A DNA stretch of 64,000 bases. Origin: Myxococcota bacterium. Its GTDB lineage: Bacteria; Myxococcota_A; UBA9160; UBA4427. Within the stretch, counting starts at the first letter, position 1. Each line of letters starts with the position of its first letter. The notes under the pieces were generated by a model, which searched no databases, was not told the origin of the DNA, and worked only from the letters and a program-made list of their open reading frames with translations. Position numbers and translations under genes: made by a program. Shown one piece after another: positions 57,767 through 64,000 of the stretch. The stretch is from positions 2,048,001 through 2,112,000 of the forward strand of contig OZ252299.1 in assembly GCA_965250285.1 (NCBI GenBank). Direction: 5' to 3'.

Positions 57767-58112
57767 CGCCCTCTCCCTTCTCGCGCTCGCTCACGCGCGC
57801 GTTGCCTTCATCGTTTGCTCCGCCGAGCGGCCGAGCCACCGAACGCCCCACATCGCCGAGCGCTGGGTCGACCGGCCTGCGCCGCGCCACCCGGACATCG
57901 CGCATCATGCTATGAGGACACCGCATGCGGTCAACGCGGAATGACAAGGACGATCCGGCCTCGATTCGCGGCGCGGAAGCGACCTGCCGGTTCGATCACG
58001 CACCGGGCACGAAGCCGCGCGACGTGCACCGGCGAGCCGCGACCCGTTCGCGCGACGGCGCACCCGGGTGAAGCTTCGATGGGCGACGATCACCCCTGCG
58101 GCCGCGATCGTC

Positions 58113-58559
58113 TCAGTCGATCGAAGTGAACGTGCTTCGGCAATCGACGAGCTCGGCGCGCCCGCCGAGCACACCGCTCACGATGGCGCGCTGACCGAAC
58201 GCGCGGGCCAGCGCGACGCCCTCGGACTTCGACAGCCCGAGCACCAAATGGCTGATCTCGTGGGGCCACGCACCGTCGTCGCCGCGCCCGACGCCGTCGA
58301 ACGTCGCGCACCCCCGCTCGGCGAGGACGCGCCGCAAGGCTTCATCCCGCGTCTGATTGGTCTCGGCATCGAGGGCTTGCGAATCGGGGTTGGCGGCCGT
58401 CACGAAGCACCAGGTCTCGACGTCGGCCGCCGTCAGCAAATCGTCGAGCGCGGTGCAGCGCTCACCGATGCGCACCACCACCTCGCGCCCGTCTTCGGCG
58501 AAGACGACGTAGCTGGTTGCGACGTAGGCGCTCCAGAGTCGGGCCTCATCGATCGTCAT
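58113..58559 (-). CDS. DUF3293 family protein
   Basis: AYVATSY, FVTAANPDS, WPHE, ARAFGQRAI. Confidence 0.8.
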   Translation of the reverse strand: MTIDEARLWSAYVATSYVVFAEDGREVVVRIGERCTALDDLLTAADVETWCFVTAANPDSQALDAETNQTRDEALRRVLAERGCATFDGVGRGDDGAWPHEISHLVLGLSKSEGVALARAFGQRAIVSGVLGGRAELVDCRSTFTSID

Positions 58560-59224
58560 GCGACGAAGCGTCGCCGATCGTGATCGAGTCGACCCGCGCT
58601 CAGATGCCCTTCCAGGGTGAGGCGCGTCGCATCAAGCGACGCGCAAACTCGACGAGGCTCTCCCAAACGCTTCGTTCGGCCTCGAGTGACCGCTCGACCG
58701 AATCGCTGTCGAGCCCCCCCTGCACGTAACTCGGCACCCGGCTCTCGACGCGGCCCTCGATCGGTCGGACCGCTCGGCCCTGCACTTGGCTGTGTGTTCC
58801 ACTCTGCGACATGCGGCGCTGAAGTCCCTTGGAAGCTGCGGCTTGGACTGCAGTCTCGACCCATCATGCCAAATTCAAGCACCGAATCTCAATGCCCTAT
58901 CGAAACGTCACCCCGTCGGGCGTAGGAACCCGCCAAGCCGGGCGCACCGCTTGGTGTCACCCCACCCACATGGGGGGGCTGCGGCGTACGCAGCCGGGTG
59001 CGTGATGTGCCGAGCGTCACACCCCGGCACGTGCGCGGCCGGGGCGCATCGACCCATGGCCCATGTCGATGACGCGCGGCGCCGTATCGACCGCGCGACC
59101 GGACAGTTCGAACGGTCGATCGATTCGCGGGTCGAAGCGAGGCCCGCCCCGCTACAGTCGGCGGGCCTTCAACATCGATGCGCGTCGCGCATCTCGTCGT
59201 GCGGTGCGCTGGAGACCCTGCGCC

Positions 59225-60244
59225 ATGCGCCTTGCCCTCATCCTCTTCGCTGCGCTCGCAGCGCTGGCGGTCGCCAGCTGGGTCTACCTGTTCGAGACGT
59301 TCGAAGCGCCCCCGGTCGATCCGAATTGGGCGATCGCCCCGAGCCCCAGGGTCGAGGCCGGCGACGTCACCGTGCGGTACACGGGGTGCGCGACGCTGGT
59401 CTTCTCCGATGGCGACACGCAGATCGTGATCGATGGCTGGTTCAGTCGTCCAGGCGTGTTCAGTCTCGTCGGCGGCACGGTCGAGCCCGACCTGGATGCG
59501 ATCGAGCGAGGGCTCGCAGCCAACGCACTCACCGAGGCGGCGGTCGTCTTCGCCGTGCACTCGCACTACGACCACGCGATGGATGCACCCGAGGTCGCGC
59601 GCCGCACGGGCGCGCTGCTGATGGGCTCGGCTTCGACGGCGATGATCGGCCGCGGCTGGGGCCTGCCCGAAGCGCAGATTCGGCTGGCCGAGGATCGCGA
59701 GCCGGTTCGCTTCGGCGCGTTCACCGTGACGCCCATTGCATCGCGGCACTTCCAGTTCGCTGACCCCGCGGTGCGCGAGCGTGCCCTCGCTGACCCCACC
59801 ATCACCGAGCCGCTCGTACCGCCGGTCGGTCTCTTCGAATACAAGGTCGGCCAGCCCTACGCGCTGCTCATCGAGCATCCGCAGGGCCGTGTGTTGATTC
59901 AGGGGAGCGCCGGCTTCATCGAGGGGAGCCTCGCCGACGTCGAAGCCGACGTCGTGCTGCTCGGCATCGGCGGGCTCGGCTCGCAGTCCCCCGATTACCG
60001 CGAGACCTACTGGCGTGAAACGGTCGAAGCCAGCGGCGCGACGCGCGTGATTCCGATCCACTGGGACGGGCTCACGAGTCCGATCGAGGGGCCGTTTCGC
60101 GGCGCGCGGCGCATCGTCGCCCTGGTGGTCGGAACGGGTGAAGGCAGCCTGGCGTTCATGAAGCAGAAGGAGGCCGAGCGCCCCGATCTCTCAATCGAGA
60201 CGCTGCCTCGCTTCGATCCGGTGGTGTTGTTCGCAGCGCAGTGA
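59225..60244 (+). CDS. MBL-fold metallo-hydrolase, membrane anchored
   Basis: IDGWFSR, HSHYDH, IPIHWD. Confidence 0.88.
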   Translation: MRLALILFAALAALAVASWVYLFETFEAPPVDPNWAIAPSPRVEAGDVTVRYTGCATLVFSDGDTQIVIDGWFSRPGVFSLVGGTVEPDLDAIERGLAANALTEAAVVFAVHSHYDHAMDAPEVARRTGALLMGSASTAMIGRGWGLPEAQIRLAEDREPVRFGAFTVTPIASRHFQFADPAVRERALADPTITEPLVPPVGLFEYKVGQPYALLIEHPQGRVLIQGSAGFIEGSLADVEADVVLLGIGGLGSQSPDYRETYWRETVEASGATRVIPIHWDGLTSPIEGPFRGARRIVALVVGTGEGSLAFMKQKEAERPDLSIETLPRFDPVVLFAAQ

Positions 60245-60277
60245 GCGACCCGAAGCGGGCCGTCCCGCGCTCCGCCG

Positions 60278-60829
60278 TCAGACTTCGCGGCGTCGCGTGA
60301 GCGCGAGCAGCCCGGCGCCAACGCCGACCAGCAGAGCGGTGCTCGGCTCGGGGATCGGGTTCTTGTCACGGTCCCGGCGCTTGCGGCGGCGCTTGCCGTC
60401 CTCGTCGTCACCGCCACCGCGGCGCTTCCACTTCTTGAGCACGCGCCGGAGCTTCTTGCGGTCGAGCTCGGGGTGCCCCTCGCCATTCTTCCAGCGGGCG
60501 AGCAGCGCGGCGAACGCCTCTCGGCGATCGTCGCCGCGATCGGCGGCGTCATCGCCGTCATCGCCGTGCGCGTTGCGGAAGCGCTCGAACAAGTGGGCCA
60601 AGAGGCCGCCCTTCGAGCCCTCGCTGTCGTCGTCCTCGTCGTCGAGCATCCAGTCGCCGAGACCGTCCATCTCGCCCCAGTCGCCCCAGTCGCGGTCGGA
60701 TCCGCCCTTCCCGTAGCCGAAGCCATGCGCCGAGGCCGACTGGGCGAGGAAGAGGACGAGCAGGAGCGTGAGCGCGCTGAGAAGGAGCGAGAGCGGCAGC
60801 GCGGAGCGGTTTCGAACCGGGGGTATCAT
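60278..60829 (-). CDS. PEP-CTERM protein
   Basis: Signal peptide ending ASA; IPEPSTALLVGVGAGLLALTRRR. Confidence 0.85.
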   Translation of the reverse strand: MIPPVRNRSALPLSLLLSALTLLLVLFLAQSASAHGFGYGKGGSDRDWGDWGEMDGLGDWMLDDEDDDSEGSKGGLLAHLFERFRNAHGDDGDDAADRGDDRREAFAALLARWKNGEGHPELDRKKLRRVLKKWKRRGGGDDEDGKRRRKRRDRDKNPIPEPSTALLVGVGAGLLALTRRREV

Positions 60830-61077
60830 GAGCGTCTCCCGTGGGCGTCGGGTGCGCAGACGCGCACCGAGCGAGTCACTGGAATGTGGTCGTGAACGCC
60901 GATTTGTGTCAGCAGTTGCCGAAGAAAGAAGGCGCAGGCCGCACGCAACGCCCATCTGCCGGGTCTCGTGGATCGCCATGGCCTGGAGCCGAGACGCAGT
61001 CGCCAGCCGGCGCTCGCCTCGGGGGCAAGGAAGGCGCGTTGCGCACCAGACTGGGAGGCCCGGAGCGTTCTCGGCGA

Positions 61078-61713
61078 CTAGATTCGAGCGGCGTTGCGGC
61101 GATGCAGACCAAGCAGGACGGCGCCGGTGCCGAGCAGCAGCGCGGTCCCGGGCTCGGGCACGACCCCGATCAGCTTCGACGATCCATCGCGATCATCGTC
61201 ATCGGAGCCGACGCTCGTCGCGCGGCCGCCCACGTACTGATCCTGGAAGAGCGACAGGTCGAGGTCGACGTCTCCGTGGGAGATCACGAACTCGACGACG
61301 GACAGATCGTCCTTGCCGATCCCGGGCGAACCGAAGGTGATGCCGATGTCGCACGGGCACGGCGACCCACCCCCGTTCACGTTGTTGCCCTGCTTCATGT
61401 TCGAGACGGCCCCGAACGCGAGGCCCGTGACCTCGTCGCCTTCGATGACCAGGCCATCGAGCAGACTGGTGTCGGCGATGTTCAAGAAGAGACCACGCAG
61501 GTCGGCGACCCCTTCAGTGACCTCGAAGCGGCCGCTGATCGTCCCGTCCTCAGCGCCGGCGTCCAGGGTCAGCTCCAGCGTGACGTCGTCGCCGGTGAAG
61601 GGATCGAGCGAGATCGTGATGCCATTTGCGGCGGCCGAACTGGTGACCACGAACGAGAGGAGCAGGAGCGAGAGCAGCGCGAAGGGCGCGAACAGCGTAC
61701 GAGCGGGAGCCAT
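61078..61713 (-). CDS. PEP-CTERM protein
   Basis: Signal peptide; VPEPGTALLLGTGAVLLGLHRR. Confidence 0.88.
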   Translation of the reverse strand: MAPARTLFAPFALLSLLLLSFVVTSSAAANGITISLDPFTGDDVTLELTLDAGAEDGTISGRFEVTEGVADLRGLFLNIADTSLLDGLVIEGDEVTGLAFGAVSNMKQGNNVNGGGSPCPCDIGITFGSPGIGKDDLSVVEFVISHGDVDLDLSLFQDQYVGGRATSVGSDDDDRDGSSKLIGVVPEPGTALLLGTGAVLLGLHRRNAARI

Positions 61714-61967
61714 CTTGATTCTCTCCGAGTTAGGCGCGCAGTCCGGCGCACCCGAGGGGTTGGCCTTGATATGTGGTCGAAGCGACCTGTTTGTGGCGAA
61801 ACAAATGCATCGCCCCAGCAGCTCGCCAGCACCGCCGCGGCAGGGCACCGGCGATTTCGCTTTCGATCCGGCACGTTGCGGCGAGCCCACCCAGCCGCAT
61901 TCAAAGTCGGTCACGCCCCCCTGGCCGCAAAAGAAGGCCGGAACCCGTCCTCGTGTAGCCTCGCGCG

Positions 61968-63752
61968 ATGGTCGACCACAGCCTCTCTCGATGGGCGCGC
62001 AGGGCCGGAGCGGGCGCCGTCGCCGTGATCGCGCTGGCCCTGGCGGGCGCCGCGCTCTGGCGTGCCACCGGCGTGCCCGCCCCCGACGATCGGCTGCGTC
62101 TGCTCCGCGCTCGACACATCCGCACGATGGACCCCGAGCGACCGGTGGTCGAAGCCGTCGCGATCCAATCGGGACGCATCGTCGCGCTCGGCCCGTTCGA
62201 CCGTCTCGTCGATGAGTTGGGCGACCGCATCGACGAGATCGACGAGTCCTTTCGCGACCATGTCCTGCTGCCGGGCTTCATCGACCCGCACATCCACCCG
62301 GTGCTCGCGGCGTCGATCCTGCCGATGGAGATCGTCTCGGCCATGTCGTGGACGACACCGCGGGGCCGGACCGAGCCGGTGGTGGGCCAGGACGCGTTCG
62401 CGGCGCGGCTGCGCGCGCTCGATGCCGAGCTCTCCGAAGCCGGCGATGCGGACGGCTGGCTGATGGTTTGGGGCTACCACGCGCCCTACCACGGTGCGCT
62501 CTCGCGTCGCGAGCTCGACGCCGTGTCGACGAAGCGACCGATCTTCGTCTGGCAGCGCTCGGTGCACGAGATGTTCTTCAACACGCGGGCATTGGAAGAG
62601 CTCGAGATGGTGCGGGCGGACTGGGACGCACATCCTCAGGCCGACTGGGAGGACGGCCATCTCTTCGAGGCGGGCACGCTCGAGCTCGGGCAGCCGATGA
62701 CCGCCGTGCTCGCGAGCCCGGGCCGCTACCTCGGCGGCCTGTCGATGATGAGCGAGGTGCTCCACCGGGGCGGGCTCACGACCGTCGGTGAGCAGGGGCA
62801 TCCCCAGGTCGATGCGCTGCTCGAGTACGCGACGCTCGCATGGGAGATGCACGGCGACGAGACGCCCTACCGCTTCGTGCTGGTGCCGAACGCGGCGTTT
62901 CTCATGCGGCGTGAGGGCAGCGCCGCCGCCGCGGTCGAAGCGGCCGAGGCCCTGCTCACTCGCGGCAATGATCAGATCGAGACGATCCGCCACGCCAAGT
63001 ACTACGCCGACGGCGCGATCTTCAGCCAGCTCATGCAGATGAGCGAGCCCTACATCGACGGACATCACGGGGAGTGGATGATGCCGCCCGAGGATCAGTC
63101 GGCGCTGTTCGACGCGTTCTGGCGGGCCGGGTGGAACATCCACATCCACGTGAACGGCGACGCCGGGCTCGACGTCGTACTCGACCACATCGAGGCCGCC
63201 CGGCAGACCCACCCTCGGCCCGACGGCCGCATCGTGCTCGAGCACTACGGCTACGCGCGCGAAGACCAACACGACCGGGTGAAGGCGCTGGGCGTCGAAG
63301 TTTCGAACAACGCGTACTACGTGCACGAGCTCGCGCCGATCTACGCCGAGTTCGGGCTCGGCCCCGAGCGCGCACGCGACATCTCACCCCTCGGTGGGCT
63401 CGTGCGGGCCGGTGTGCCGTTCTCGTTTCACAGCGACTTTCCGATGGCGCCGGCCCAGCCGCTGACGCTCGTGTGGGCCGCGGTGAATCGCATCGGGAGC
63501 GATGGCCAAGTGTGGGGCGAGGATCAGCGCGTCGATCTCGACCTCGCCCTGCGTGCCGTGACGCTCGAGGCCGCGCGCAGCCTCGGCCTGCAGGACGAGA
63601 TCGGATCGGTCGCGGTCGGCAAGCGCGCCGACTTCACGGTGCTCGACCAGGATCCGGCCGAAGTCGCACCGCAGGCGATCAAGGACATCGGGGTGTGGGG
63701 GGTCGTGCTCGGCGGGCGGGCCTTCCCCGTGCGGCCCGCGAACGGCGAGTGA
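61968..63752 (+). CDS. Amidohydrolase (YtcJ-like)
   Basis: LPGFIDPHIH, KYYADG, HVNGD, LEHY, HSDFP, VGKRADFTVL. Confidence 0.9.
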   Translation: MVDHSLSRWARRAGAGAVAVIALALAGAALWRATGVPAPDDRLRLLRARHIRTMDPERPVVEAVAIQSGRIVALGPFDRLVDELGDRIDEIDESFRDHVLLPGFIDPHIHPVLAASILPMEIVSAMSWTTPRGRTEPVVGQDAFAARLRALDAELSEAGDADGWLMVWGYHAPYHGALSRRELDAVSTKRPIFVWQRSVHEMFFNTRALEELEMVRADWDAHPQADWEDGHLFEAGTLELGQPMTAVLASPGRYLGGLSMMSEVLHRGGLTTVGEQGHPQVDALLEYATLAWEMHGDETPYRFVLVPNAAFLMRREGSAAAAVEAAEALLTRGNDQIETIRHAKYYADGAIFSQLMQMSEPYIDGHHGEWMMPPEDQSALFDAFWRAGWNIHIHVNGDAGLDVVLDHIEAARQTHPRPDGRIVLEHYGYAREDQHDRVKALGVEVSNNAYYVHELAPIYAEFGLGPERARDISPLGGLVRAGVPFSFHSDFPMAPAQPLTLVWAAVNRIGSDGQVWGEDQRVDLDLALRAVTLEAARSLGLQDEIGSVAVGKRADFTVLDQDPAEVAPQAIKDIGVWGVVLGGRAFPVRPANGE

Positions 63753-63789
63753 GCGACCGATCGAAGTGCGTCCGACGGTGGCCGGACGG

Positions 63790-63863
63790 TGAGCCCGCTG
63801 GGATTCGAACCCAGGACCGATGGATTAAAAGTCCACTGCTCTAACCAACTGAGCTACGGGCCC
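63790..63863 (-). tRNA. tRNA-Lys (UUU)
   Basis: Reverse complement GGGCCCGTAGCTCAGTTGGTTAGAGCAGTGGACTTTTAATCCATCGGTCCTGGGTTCGAATCCCAGCGGGCTCA; followed by CCG. Confidence 0.96.
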
Positions 63864-64000
63864 AGCGGCTGAGTACCACGCCGCCTCTGCGCAGTCGACC
63901 AGACGGCTTGCGACCGCTCTCACGCGATCCACCGGCGTGCGTGTCTCCACCCCCTCACCTCGACCCGACGAGCCCCAGAAGCGAAAGAAATTCGAAAATA

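Noticed and set aside
58600..58812. Possible 70-aa protein on the minus strand
   Set aside because: No recognisable motif or clear RBS, so it cannot be supported.

Overview
High-GC (roughly 70% by eye) chromosomal window with no transposase, phage or CRISPR-Cas system. PEP-CTERM proteins, a LolA-like sorting protein, a PilZ protein and a sigma54-type regulator point to a diderm, probably a Myxococcota/deltaproteobacterial lineage (inference). Housekeeping content: gcvT/gcvH, tRNA-Sec, HPF, uvrA, moeB, tRNA-Leu/Ala/Lys, serC, SMUG1, cyclophilin and MATE. The main signal is an actinobacterial-style steroid side-chain degradation module: DUF35 OB-fold pair with ltp4/ltp3-like genes and an acyl-CoA ligase; a ferredoxin divergent from fadE26/27-like genes; and kstR-fadA5-hsd4A-like genes. 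A kshB-like gene and a sulfotransferase/DUF1214 pair lie nearby. Four exact TnnAACnnGTTnnA (KstR-type) operators sit upstream of the three core units. Other notable items: a BPI/LBP-like lipoprotein inside the cluster, a eukaryote-like neutral sphingomyelinase, an apparently catalytically dead tyrosine recombinase behind purine-rich repeats, a spacerless 37-bp hairpin array, and a triplicated SDR C-terminus. All family calls come from motif recognition and recall, not database searches.
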